The notes under the pieces are model-generated. The model was not told the origin of the DNA, made no database searches, and worked only from the letters and a program-made list of their open reading frames with translations. A stretch of 30,153 bases of DNA. Source: an archaeon. GTDB lineage: Archaea > Nanobdellota > Nanobdellia > Woesearchaeales > UBA9642. Location: positions 1 to 30,153 of the forward strand of contig JAZDHK010000009.1 of assembly GCA_043806035.1 (NCBI GenBank), read 5' to 3'. How positions within the stretch are numbered: the stretch's first letter is position 1; each line of letters starts with the position of its first letter. Both the position numbers and the translations under genes were made by a program. Shown here in pieces: positions 8,451 to 17,485 of this stretch.

Positions 8451-9401
8451 TTAAACGTTGTGCTTGAGCACGTACGTAGAAATTTCTCGCAGGTCGAGCC
8501 ATTGCTTTTGCAGATCAGCCGGCAGTTGCCCGAACACTCTTGGGTCGGTCATGCCTACATGATAGCTGAGCTGTTCCCCTTTCTTGATATCGCGCAGTGC
8601 GAAGAAGTACGGCCTGAGATCGAGGTCAGTGTTGATGAAGAGGTTCGGTGCATCCGCTGTTCTCAAGTACCTTCCCGAGTACGCCCTCTCCAGCGAGGGG
8701 AGGAAATGCTGGTTTTCACCGACGAGTATGCTGTCCGTTCCTGGTGTTTTTGCAAGGCTGCCATTGAGCGTGAGCACTCTCGTCCCTTGCGCGAGGTCTT
8801 TTGCGGCAAGAAGCGCATAGTCTTTCTCCAACACCGTGCGCAAGTTAGCCAATTGCCGTTTCACATCCGAATCCAGCCACAGCTGGCCGTCCTGCGTCGG
8901 CCAGAGGGAGTAGATTGCTTGGACGATGGCGCACGCGACCTCTCCTTTGTTCTGTATGCCGATGATACTCTGTCCGTGCTTGTCGAGACGTTTTGGCGTG
9001 GTGGTGCACATCCTGTCGAGATCGGCAGTGATGCTCTCTTCCATGGTACGTTTTCCTTCTTCTTCGCTGGAGAAGATGCCGTGTTCTTCCACAAGATAGC
9101 CGCTGTTGTCGGAGGATGATTGTCGCCAGCCGAGTCCTGCGAACGCCCACTGTCCTGGTTCGTGCGCGTATTCGTCGACGAAGACGGATTCCGCTTTTGC
9201 CCCCCAATAGATGTTGCTCAAAAAGATGGTTTCTTTAGCTATTGGAGCGTGCTTTGGGAGTTCGGGCAGGACAGAGGAGTAGTTGACGATGTTGAAGTTG
9301 TGCGTGCCTGCAGCGTAGAGTGCGAGGTGCAGTGCGGACTTCACGCCGGGGCCTTGCCCTGCACCTTTGACGACGATGACGTTCTTGAGTGGGTTGTTCA
9401 T
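8451..9401 (-). CDS. Pyruvoyl-dependent arginine decarboxylase-like domain fused to a degenerate SET domain (316 aa)
   Basis: N-terminal G-G-G...AL..AG..NFNIVNYSSVLP (Ser-Ser cleavage site) and GYLVE; C-terminal LLAAKDLAQG...RYLRTADAPN...FALRDIKKGEQLSYH SET signature; gcATG start at 9401. Confidence 0.8.
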   Translation of the reverse strand: MNNPLKNVIVVKGAGQGPGVKSALHLALYAAGTHNFNIVNYSSVLPELPKHAPIAKETIFLSNIYWGAKAESVFVDEYAHEPGQWAFAGLGWRQSSSDNSGYLVEEHGIFSSEEEGKRTMEESITADLDRMCTTTPKRLDKHGQSIIGIQNKGEVACAIVQAIYSLWPTQDGQLWLDSDVKRQLANLRTVLEKDYALLAAKDLAQGTRVLTLNGSLAKTPGTDSILVGENQHFLPSLERAYSGRYLRTADAPNLFINTDLDLRPYFFALRDIKKGEQLSYHVGMTDPRVFGQLPADLQKQWLDLREISTYVLKHNV

Positions 9402-9447
9402 GCAAGAGAGAAATGCTGTTCTATTCAAAAATCTTTACTTTTTTATG

Positions 9448-9684
9448 CTACTTCAGGGTGACGATTGCATTGATGTCTTTGAGCAGCTGCTCGAACACGT
9501 CATCAGGCATGCCGTGACCCTTGCAGCCTTCTTCCAACGTCTCAAACGGAGAGAGGTGGCAGCCGATACAGTGCAGCCCGTATTCGAAAAGCACAGGGAC
9601 GACAGAAGGGAATTTTTTTGCAATATCCGCGAGGAGCATGTCTTTCGTTATACTGTTGGATTTTTGGCTTGGTTCAGGGCTCAT
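9448..9684 (-). CDS. DUF1858-domain protein
   Basis: ITKDM..ADI...P....VL..YGLHCIGC....FETLEEGC..HG; start at 9684, 20 nt after TTTAAAAT. Confidence 0.85.
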   Translation of the reverse strand: MSPEPSQKSNSITKDMLLADIAKKFPSVVPVLFEYGLHCIGCHLSPFETLEEGCKGHGMPDDVFEQLLKDINAIVTLK

Positions 9685-9753
9685 GGTTGAGCGTAGTCGC
9701 ACGAATTTTAAATAGTTAATGGTGCATAGTCTGTACTGCCAAGGACGCACGTC

Positions 9754-9775
9754 AAAAAAAAAGAAGAAATAAAAG
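9754..9775 (-). terminator. Oligo-U terminator of the propeller/KaiC operon
   Basis: T-rich minus-strand run just after the stop codon at 9780. Confidence 0.5.
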
Positions 9776-9779
9776 AAGT

Positions 9780-10589
9780 TTAGAGCAGCGGCGTCTGGCC
9801 GCCGTACAAGGCGTGGAATTTGCCGTTCTTGAACTCCAATGAGTAGACGTCGTGGTTGCATTCTGTCGCTCGCATCTTCACGATGCTGACTTCCCGCACC
9901 ACATTCCTCCTGAATCGGGTGAGGCTGAGGTGGATGATGCCATCCGAAAGGAAGTCCTCAACACCATATTCGGAATACTGCAATACCCCTATCTCTTTCT
10001 CCCGCATCTCCGAGATGAGGAAGGTCGTGACGTTCTCGTCCCTGAAGAAGTCGAAGATGAAGAACAATTCATCCCGTACTTTGCTCTCGTCGAACTTGTT
10101 GAGCACGTACAGGGCAGAGAGGCTGTCCAGGACAAAGAGGTCGCAGCCGAGTATTTCCTTGACGCGTTTGATGATGTTCTTGATGACGTTCAGCCAGCCG
10201 CTGCCTTGCGAGGGTGTAGCCACATCACGGATCTGCTTCCTGATTGTGCCGACATCAACGATGATGACCGTTCCCGATTTTTTGTCAGCGACTTTTGAAA
10301 GGTCGGTTTTGAGCTTGGCGAGGTCATTGATGATGATGATATCAACGCTCTTAAGGTCCATGCCCATGGTCAGGATGTGTCGCATCAGACTTTCCGAGCT
10401 CTGCTCAAGGCTCACGTACAGGCCGACTTTCTTGAAGTTCAGTGCCTCGTTGAAGAGGACGTTGAAGCAGATGCTGCTCTTCATCGTGCCTGCCGATCCC
10501 GAGATGAGGATGACATGCCCTATGGGAATGCCGCCCATCATGTTGCTGTCCAGTTCAGGAATATACGTTTTTACTCGTTCGTCTGCCAT
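9780..10589 (-). CDS. Single-domain KaiC/RAD55-like RecA-superfamily ATPase
   Basis: Walker A variant GSAGTMKS, YVSLE, Walker B VLDSLS, EDFLSDGII, VKMRAT; SD AGGTGA 5 nt before ATG 10589. Confidence 0.88.
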   Translation of the reverse strand: MADERVKTYIPELDSNMMGGIPIGHVILISGSAGTMKSSICFNVLFNEALNFKKVGLYVSLEQSSESLMRHILTMGMDLKSVDIIIINDLAKLKTDLSKVADKKSGTVIIVDVGTIRKQIRDVATPSQGSGWLNVIKNIIKRVKEILGCDLFVLDSLSALYVLNKFDESKVRDELFFIFDFFRDENVTTFLISEMREKEIGVLQYSEYGVEDFLSDGIIHLSLTRFRRNVVREVSIVKMRATECNHDVYSLEFKNGKFHALYGGQTPLL

Positions 10590-10594
10590 GTGCA

Positions 10595-11845
10595 TCACCT
10601 ACTATGAATGATATTCTTGACTATGCCTTTGTCGGTTATGACGATAATCTGGTTGGCGTCATCTATCAGACCGCAGCCGACGATGATGCCTTCCGTCTGG
10701 TATTGCCAGAGCTTCTTGCCATACATCTCTCCAGGGTTTGCCGTCATGACTTCGTTGTAATGCCCCGTCTGAGCGGTAACTCCTGAAATGCCAGGGACGT
10801 AGTCGAGGATGTAGCTTCCTTTGCTGTCCAAAACGTAGAGACTACGGTCGTAGCTGCCGAGGATGATTTCGGGAAGGCCATCCCTATCTATGTCTCCGAT
10901 GAGCAAGGGTGCAACAACCCAGAAGTCAGTCTCGAAGCTCCAGAGTTTTTTTCCCTGATAGTTGAGCACGTATGCGCGATTATCACAGCTGCCGAAGACA
11001 ATCTCGGGTTTGCCGTCCTTGTTGATGTCTGCAACAGTCGATTTGCTGACGATGGCGCCTTCTGCAGTGAACCGCCAGAGCTCCTTGCCTGATTCGTCAA
11101 CCGCATAGAGTGTGTTGTCGTGCGCCCCGACAAGAATTGCCGTGGTGTCCAGCTCTGCGAAGATGGGTTGGGCAGTGATTTGGTCCTGGACTTTGAAGCT
11201 CCAGTTCACGATGCCTTTCTCGGAGAGGGAGATGAGCCTGCCGTCCTTTGTGCCGAAGAGGACGTGCGTTTTCTTGAAGGAGGCCACTGCAGGGATGCTG
11301 GTGATTTCGCTGCCCGCATCGAATGCCCAGATCATCCTCCCTGTACTGTCGAGGACGTACAGCTTCTTGTCGTAGCTGCCAAAGATGATGTGCTTTGTTC
11401 CTCCCTTGGTGAATTCGTGCACGCACGGCGTTCCCTTGATGGGGCCTCCTGTCTTGAACTTCCAGAGCAATTTCCCGTCAGGGGTGAGTACGTGCAGGTT
11501 GCCCTGTTCCGTGCCGAAGATGATGTTCTTTCTTCCCGTGTCGTTCAGGTCCGCTACTGCGGGTGGTGAGCTGATGCTGTTGCCCGACTCGGCATCAACG
11601 AAGAAGGTGTCGACCTCGCCGAGTTTTTCTGTTGCATCGTACTTCCAGAGCATCTTTCCCTCGCTGTCCAGGACGAGAAGCTGCCCTGACTTCGTACCGA
11701 GAATGATTTGTTTTTTGCCGCTGCCTAAGAGGTCTGCGATGACGGGGCTGCTGATGATGCTGTCTTTCGTGTCATATTCCCACGCAACCAGGAGCCGTCC
11801 TGTTTTTTGGCCGCTGATTTTCCTGAATAAGTCCGCCACACCCAT
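10595..11845 (-). CDS. Beta-propeller protein with PQQ-type and FG-GAP-like repeats, no signal peptide
   Basis: Repeated G-D--LYVLD--GK-LW-F-T blades and ADLND-G/DINKDG/DIDRDG loops. Confidence 0.88.
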   Translation of the reverse strand: MGVADLFRKISGQKTGRLLVAWEYDTKDSIISSPVIADLLGSGKKQIILGTKSGQLLVLDSEGKMLWKYDATEKLGEVDTFFVDAESGNSISSPPAVADLNDTGRKNIIFGTEQGNLHVLTPDGKLLWKFKTGGPIKGTPCVHEFTKGGTKHIIFGSYDKKLYVLDSTGRMIWAFDAGSEITSIPAVASFKKTHVLFGTKDGRLISLSEKGIVNWSFKVQDQITAQPIFAELDTTAILVGAHDNTLYAVDESGKELWRFTAEGAIVSKSTVADINKDGKPEIVFGSCDNRAYVLNYQGKKLWSFETDFWVVAPLLIGDIDRDGLPEIILGSYDRSLYVLDSKGSYILDYVPGISGVTAQTGHYNEVMTANPGEMYGKKLWQYQTEGIIVGCGLIDDANQIIVITDKGIVKNIIHSR

Positions 11846-12008
11846 ACGTGATGCCTTACCCCCTGCCTTTTTTAAAGGTTATGGAAAAACCTTCTCGAGA
11901 GAACACCACTTGAGAATTACATCTGAAAAAAAAGAATGTGAAAAAAAGCACATCAGAAACAAAAATTAAAACGAAAGTATTATAAACTTAATAGTAGTTA
12001 CGGTAATC

Positions 12009-12311
12009 ATGTATTATTTGTTGAAGGATGTCACTGAACAAGAGTACGAACAGCTTAAGGAGAGTGCGTTGCCTATACTCGATGCTGCTGACGAGCAGTT
12101 CGAGGATTACGACGTGCAGATAAAGTACAATCCTGCAAGGAGCATGGTGTCCATTGTTCTGCAGCACAACAAAAAAGGTCCGCTCTACGTTCTGGATAGG
12201 TCTTCTCTCTTGGGATTCAGCGACTCCTCAAAAAGAACAATAGAACTGTTGCACAGTGGGCTAGAACGCAGGCTTCTCGAGATGCGCTTGCCGAACGAAC
12301 ACTGGATCTGA
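12009..12311 (+). CDS. Hypothetical protein (100 aa)
   Basis: TTATAAAC at 11980-11987, 21 nt upstream; protein-like composition. Confidence 0.65.
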   Translation: MYYLLKDVTEQEYEQLKESALPILDAADEQFEDYDVQIKYNPARSMVSIVLQHNKKGPLYVLDRSSLLGFSDSSKRTIELLHSGLERRLLEMRLPNEHWI

Positions 12312-12478
12312 ATGTTCTACCGTGCTGAAAAAGTCCGCACAGCGCAGTCTTCAAAGATAATAACTATTGCGATTGCCCTTGAGACGGGCAGAAATCTTAT
12401 TTTTCTGTACGGAGCGCGGACTGAATCATTTCAATGCATGTTCGTAAAGCATTTAAATGCACGCGTGAGCAAGGCTGC

Positions 12479-13228
12479 ATGCCCCGGCTCATCAGCTACA
12501 ACATCCAGTATTGCATAGGCCTAGAGGGAAAGACGCGGGACTATTTCAAGGTGTGGCGCCTTTTGCGTGAGAAGAAGAACACACGGGAGAACATCATCGA
12601 GTTTCTCAAACAACACAAGCCTGATCTCGTGGCGTTAGTGGAAGTCGATTTTGGATCAGTGCGGACGAAGCGCCAAAACCAGGCGCAGATCGTCGCCAAA
12701 GCCCTCAATCTGCCCTTCATTTTGAGCAAGGTTCGGTATCAGAAGAAACTCATCGGCAGAGTCTTTAACCACGCACCCATTCTTGCACGGCAGGGAACGG
12801 CAGTCCTGTCGAAGCATGAAATTCATGGGCGGATTCACTGGTTCAAGAGAGGGATTAAGCGCTTGGTCTTAGAGGCGAACATCTATATTCCGAAGAAGGT
12901 GAGCATTTTCGTCGTGCACCTGTCGCTCACAAAGAAAGTGCGTGCCAAGCAACTGCATGAGCTTGCGCATATCGTCGCCGAAAAGAAAACGCCATCTCTC
13001 GTCGTCGGTGATTTCAACACCGCTGCGTCGTACGAGCTCAGGCACTTTTTGAGGAAGACAGGGTTTATCATGCATCCTGCCGAGCCGAGCTTCCCCGCGT
13101 TCCGGCCGAAACGGGCGTTGGATTATGCGCTCTCATCACCTAACATTCTCATCAAGAAGCACGTGCTCTTGCCGTTCAATGGCTCTGACCACTTGCCGTT
13201 ATTGGTGGATTTCGAAATGAAGAAGTAG
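12479..13228 (+). CDS. Endonuclease/exonuclease/phosphatase (EEP) family protein
   Basis: LISYNI, PDLVALVEVD, VHL, VVGDFN, ALDY, GSDHLP; start moved to gcATG 12479 after TTTAAATG. Confidence 0.9.
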   Translation: MPRLISYNIQYCIGLEGKTRDYFKVWRLLREKKNTRENIIEFLKQHKPDLVALVEVDFGSVRTKRQNQAQIVAKALNLPFILSKVRYQKKLIGRVFNHAPILARQGTAVLSKHEIHGRIHWFKRGIKRLVLEANIYIPKKVSIFVVHLSLTKKVRAKQLHELAHIVAEKKTPSLVVGDFNTAASYELRHFLRKTGFIMHPAEPSFPAFRPKRALDYALSSPNILIKKHVLLPFNGSDHLPLLVDFEMKK

Positions 13229-13242
13229 TTCTTGCATGCATT

Positions 13243-13356
13243 AAAAAAAAAAGCCTGCACGGGGCAGAATCATTTTCGTGGGGTGAAGGAGGTGTGGGTG
13301 AAAGTGCTTTGCCCCGTGCCGTGCTTACTCACCAGTAAGATTAGTACTTACTAGTA
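13243..13356 (-). ncRNA. Candidate small RNA with an anti-Shine-Dalgarno loop
   Basis: Minus-strand TTTAAATA (13385-13378) with no convincing ORF; ~20-bp stem 13257-13277/13300-13319; loop ACCCACACCUCCUUCACCCCAC; U10 tail at 13252-13243. Strand is inferred. Confidence 0.5.
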
Positions 13357-13459
13357 ATAACAATATAGTATAACTTATATTTAAATGTTTCGTTTTTGTA
13401 ATCACTTAACAGTAACAAAAATAACCACGTTTATAAAGGGGAAGGCATTATCATCAGCC

Positions 13460-14104
13460 ATGCGAATACGAAAGACGCTAGAGAGCATCGTGAAGCGATC
13501 AGAACGATACCTCCCCATAGCGGGAATCACCGCCTTGCAGACACCACTCCATGAAGGACTGCACGCAGGTCTAGCAGAGATCCTGCCTCACACGCACTGC
13601 GCAGGCATCATCATGCAGGACACGTGGTATACTGGCATTCTTGAAAAAATCACTGCAGGCTACATCCATACGGGAACACTGCCCGCATACACGGCAGCAC
13701 AAACCCTCATCACTGCAGAGCAGGACACGATAGGGTATCTTAGCTCTGCCGTCGTCGCTGCAGGTCCTGAGACGCTCACCATGAGCTTAAGCTTGTACTG
13801 GGCCATGACGGCGGTAACCAACATCAGGAAGAGCGGCAGCCGGATGTATGCTGTCGCCTGCGCGTACGGTTCCATGGGTCTTGCGCAAGTGTCAAAACTC
13901 TACATCGATGCCAGCATCGCCTACCACCAGCCAGGCATGGACCACTACAATTTTACGAGCAGCATGCTGCAGGCCGCGCACCTACCGGAAAGCCTTGCCG
14001 CGTACGTCACCGTCCTCGGAGCAGGTATCATGATCGGGAGCGCTGCATACATTGCCGGATTGTTCAAGAAAACGAAGCACAAGAAGGCAACCCCAGTCAC
14101 TTGA
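13460..14104 (+). CDS. Membrane zinc metalloprotease, M50/site-2-protease-like
   Basis: LHEGLH, VAAGP and PGMD motifs with hydrophobic segments; start 22 nt after TTTATAAA. Confidence 0.65.
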   Translation: MRIRKTLESIVKRSERYLPIAGITALQTPLHEGLHAGLAEILPHTHCAGIIMQDTWYTGILEKITAGYIHTGTLPAYTAAQTLITAEQDTIGYLSSAVVAAGPETLTMSLSLYWAMTAVTNIRKSGSRMYAVACAYGSMGLAQVSKLYIDASIAYHQPGMDHYNFTSSMLQAAHLPESLAAYVTVLGAGIMIGSAAYIAGLFKKTKHKKATPVT

Positions 14105-15452
14105 ACTGCATCTGACCTTGCTGGAATTTCTTCATCATCTTCTGCATGCCCTTCTCAGAACCACCCATCATCTTGATGAGCTTCTTGCTCTGCTTGTACT
14201 GCTTGATCAAAGAACGAACGTCCATGATGTCGATGCCTGCGCCTTTCGCGATGCGCTCGGCACGCTTCCCATCGATGATTTCAGGATCCTCGAGCTCTTC
14301 TTTCGTCATGCTGCTCATGGCATACTTCCACTTCTCGAGCTTTCCTTCCTGCACTTCAAGGGCTTCTTTTGGCAACTTCAGTGACCCCATGCCAGGAATG
14401 AGCTCCATGACTTTTCCTAAGGGACCCATCTTCTGCATGGCCTGCATCTGCTGATAAAGATCGATAAGGTTGTAGTCGCCTTGCAGGACGCGCTTGCCCA
14501 GGTCCTCCTCGTTGATGTTCTCTTCTGCTGCCGCTTCTTTCACCTTCTCGAGCAGCAAGGTTAGGTCTCCCATGCCGAGCAGCCTGCCGACGAAGGATTG
14601 CGGCTTGAATTCCTCGAGTGCATCTATTTTTTCTCCGACGCCGATGAAGACGACAGGGGCCTGCGTCACTGCACATGCAGTCAGCGCCCCGCCGCCCTTT
14701 GCCGTGCCGTCGAGCTTGCTGATGATGACGCCAGTAACCCCGCAATGTTCGTGGAATGCTTTTGCTTGCTTTTCTGCTGCCTGGCCGACATCAGCAGCCA
14801 TGACCAAGAGCGTGCTGTCCGCGTGCGCGCTTTCTCTGATGCGGTTGAGCTCGTCGATGAGCTCCTCGTTGAGAGCGTCCCTTCCCGCAGTATCTATAAT
14901 GATGATATCGAATGCGCTGAGTTCCTTCTCGAAGGCATGCAGGATGTCCTCTGGCCGCTTTGCTTTCGGGTTGCCGAAGACGGGGACGTTGATCTGCCTG
15001 CCGAGCTGCACGAGCTGATCATAGGCGGCAGGCCGCCAGGTGTCCGTTGAGAGCAGTGCCACTTTGTGGCCTCTTTTTTGGTAGTATTTTGCGAGCTTGC
15101 CTGCCGTCGTGGTCTTGCCATTGCCGAAAAGACCGACGAGCATGAGCCGGAAGGGTTTCTTGCTGATGAGGATGCCGCTGCCTTCCCCGCCCAAAAATGC
15201 GGCGAGCTCTTCATAGACAATCGTGACGAGCTGTTCCTTCTTAGAAAGCATCTTGGCATCCTTCGTCTCAAGAGCGCGCTTCTTGATCTTCTGCGTTAAG
15301 TCCAGGACGAGCCTGACGTTCACGTCCGCCTGGAGCAGAGAACGCTGGATGTCTTTGACTAATTCGTTGATGAGTTTCTCATCTACAAAGAGACTCTTGG
15401 TTATTTTTTCTATGGTGGCTTTGAGCGACGCCCCCAGATTGTCCAAAACCAT
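14097..15452 (-). CDS. srp54: Signal recognition particle protein SRP54
   Basis: MVLDNLG start, GLFGNGKTTT, DTAGR, SKLDGTAKGGGA, Met-rich M domain. Confidence 0.97.
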   Translation of the reverse strand: MVLDNLGASLKATIEKITKSLFVDEKLINELVKDIQRSLLQADVNVRLVLDLTQKIKKRALETKDAKMLSKKEQLVTIVYEELAAFLGGEGSGILISKKPFRLMLVGLFGNGKTTTAGKLAKYYQKRGHKVALLSTDTWRPAAYDQLVQLGRQINVPVFGNPKAKRPEDILHAFEKELSAFDIIIIDTAGRDALNEELIDELNRIRESAHADSTLLVMAADVGQAAEKQAKAFHEHCGVTGVIISKLDGTAKGGGALTACAVTQAPVVFIGVGEKIDALEEFKPQSFVGRLLGMGDLTLLLEKVKEAAAEENINEEDLGKRVLQGDYNLIDLYQQMQAMQKMGPLGKVMELIPGMGSLKLPKEALEVQEGKLEKWKYAMSSMTKEELEDPEIIDGKRAERIAKGAGIDIMDVRSLIKQYKQSKKLIKMMGGSEKGMQKMMKKFQQGQMQFK

Positions 15453-15568
15453 TGAGAGACGGAGAATTCGTGCATTTATAAATATTCGCACAAAGTGAAT
15501 TATTCACCAAACAAGACTGTAATGCATCCTATCAAAAAGTTTTTAATGCGTACTGCTTCGTCATGAGC

Positions 15569-16357
15569 ATGAAAATAGGCATTGTTTCAGACATACACGA
15601 GGATGTAAACAGCCTTAAAAAAGCATTCAAAGTACTGCATAAAGAGAAATGCAGTCATCTCGTCTGTCTTGGCGACTTCACCGGATATTGCGTACCGTAC
15701 TATGGTTTCCTGCGGTCCAGAAACGCTCACAAAGTCATTTCGTTGCTGAGAAAGACGAACGCAGTCACTCTTGTTGGCAATCACGATTTATTCTCCATCA
15801 GGAAACTACCCGTGCATAAGGCGGGCTTTCCGTATCCAAAAAGTTGGTACTCGCTCGACTATAGAACAAGAAAAAAACAGTCCAAAGGAAAAATCTTTCT
15901 TTACGAGAACAACGAACTGTCTGCACTGCTCACCAAAGACGATAAAAAGTTCATTCGGCAACTTCCCGAGTACATTGTCAAAAAATACGGCGATCTAAAA
16001 CTTCTTTTTTCACATTATGCTTTTCCCGATGTGACAGGCTCGACCACACGTGAGCCAAAAAAGCCAAAAGATGTGCAAAAGCACTTTTCCTTCATGAAAA
16101 AACAAGGCTGCACCATAGGCATATCTGGTCATGATCACAAGGAGGGTATGCTGGTTTTTTCAGAGAAAACAGTGCGTAAAATTCCGTTCAATAAAACCAT
16201 CAGATTGACCAACAACCTGACGTGGCTTCACGGTCCGAGCGTTGCTAATGGCAGTTTTGCAAACGGCGTTCTCGTCCTGGATACGGACAAGGAGGAGATA
16301 CTTGCCATTCCACTGAAGTCAAAAAAACACGTTCCTCCCGCGTGGAGAAAGCTCTAG
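15569..16357 (+). CDS. Calcineurin-like metallophosphoesterase
   Basis: SDIH, CLGD, GNHD, SH, GHDH; second ATG (MKIGIVSD) fits the 21-nt TATA spacing. Confidence 0.88.
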   Translation: MKIGIVSDIHEDVNSLKKAFKVLHKEKCSHLVCLGDFTGYCVPYYGFLRSRNAHKVISLLRKTNAVTLVGNHDLFSIRKLPVHKAGFPYPKSWYSLDYRTRKKQSKGKIFLYENNELSALLTKDDKKFIRQLPEYIVKKYGDLKLLFSHYAFPDVTGSTTREPKKPKDVQKHFSFMKKQGCTIGISGHDHKEGMLVFSEKTVRKIPFNKTIRLTNNLTWLHGPSVANGSFANGVLVLDTDKEEILAIPLKSKKHVPPAWRKL

Positions 16358-16364
16358 CGCCGGC

Positions 16365-17453
16365 CTACTTTTTGAGGATGATGGTCTGCGTCGGGAATGC
16401 CATGCTGATCTTTTCTTTCTCGAACGCTTTTTTGATGGAGAAGTTGATGTGCTCGCGAGCATCCATGTACGTGACATAGTCTGGCGTCTGCACAAAATAC
16501 ACGAGCTCGTACTGTAAACTAAAATCTCCAAAGTCCTTGAAGTGTACACGGTCGAGCGTGACGTCTTTCTGTTTCTTGAGTATGTCAGTTATGAGTTGCT
16601 TGCCGCGCATGAGCTTGCTGGTCGGTGTGTCGTACTCCACACCCAAATTCACAACAACGCGCCGCTTGTCCATCTTCTTGTAATTGTGGATTTTTGAGTC
16701 GGTTAAGAGTTTGTTGGGGACGACGAGTTCCTCTCCTTGCAAGTCCTGCAGTCTCGTGCTTTTCAGTCCTATGTGCTTCACCGTGCCCATCTCCGGGCCT
16801 ATGTCAATAAAATCTCCTTCGACGAACGGCTTGTCGAAATAGATGCTGAAAGAACTGAACAAGTCAGAGAGCACGTTCTGCAGCGCAAACGCTATCGCAA
16901 TTCCTCCGATGCCCAGCCCTGCAATGACGGGCGTGAGTTTTACGCCGAGGTTGGTGAGAATGATGAGCCCTGCAATGACCCACATGATGAAGATGATGAT
17001 GCCACGCAGCACGATGACCATGGACGTACTCGCTCCTTTATACACGGTTTTTCGCTTCTCAATCTCCTTATTTGCCACAAAGTTAACCATGCCCTGGAAG
17101 AACCGCACTGCATAATAGACACCGATGAACAGGAATGCGTATTTGAAAATGTTGTCAATCAAGACGGGCAGCACGAGTGACGTCTCCCCCAGATAGAATG
17201 ACAGGAAGAGGAAGAAAGGCCAACGAAGCCTATCTATTCCTGCAAGAAGGATGTCATCGATGTCATTCTTTGTCTTCTCAGCAAGTTTTTTGAGCCGGTG
17301 CATGACAAATCGCTTGAAGAGCATACAGAGGGCAAAGCACACGACGAATATGCCTGCCGCAGAAAGATACCCTTCTAGCGTGTTCTTGGCTATGGCATGC
17401 ACTGTCTCCTCGAACAGGGTGGCAAACCACAATATGGCTGTTGGAGCGCTCAT
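16365..17453 (-). CDS. Small-conductance mechanosensitive channel (MscS family)
   Basis: AGLGIGGIAIAFALQ, DKPF..GD.I, IGLKSTR, F.DFGDFSL, AFPTQT; start at gcATG 17453 after a TATA box. Confidence 0.93.
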   Translation of the reverse strand: MSAPTAILWFATLFEETVHAIAKNTLEGYLSAAGIFVVCFALCMLFKRFVMHRLKKLAEKTKNDIDDILLAGIDRLRWPFFLFLSFYLGETSLVLPVLIDNIFKYAFLFIGVYYAVRFFQGMVNFVANKEIEKRKTVYKGASTSMVIVLRGIIIFIMWVIAGLIILTNLGVKLTPVIAGLGIGGIAIAFALQNVLSDLFSSFSIYFDKPFVEGDFIDIGPEMGTVKHIGLKSTRLQDLQGEELVVPNKLLTDSKIHNYKKMDKRRVVVNLGVEYDTPTSKLMRGKQLITDILKKQKDVTLDRVHFKDFGDFSLQYELVYFVQTPDYVTYMDAREHINFSIKKAFEKEKISMAFPTQTIILKK

Positions 17454-17485
17454 GCAAAAGAGAAATTTGCTTGATTTTATAAGCG

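Noticed and set aside
8277-9119. 280-aa plus-strand ORF
   Set aside because: Antisense to the KH and PdaD-SET genes; no motifs.
12312-12518. 68-aa ORF between the hypothetical gene and EEP
   Set aside because: Overlaps the EEP promoter and start; no supporting signal.
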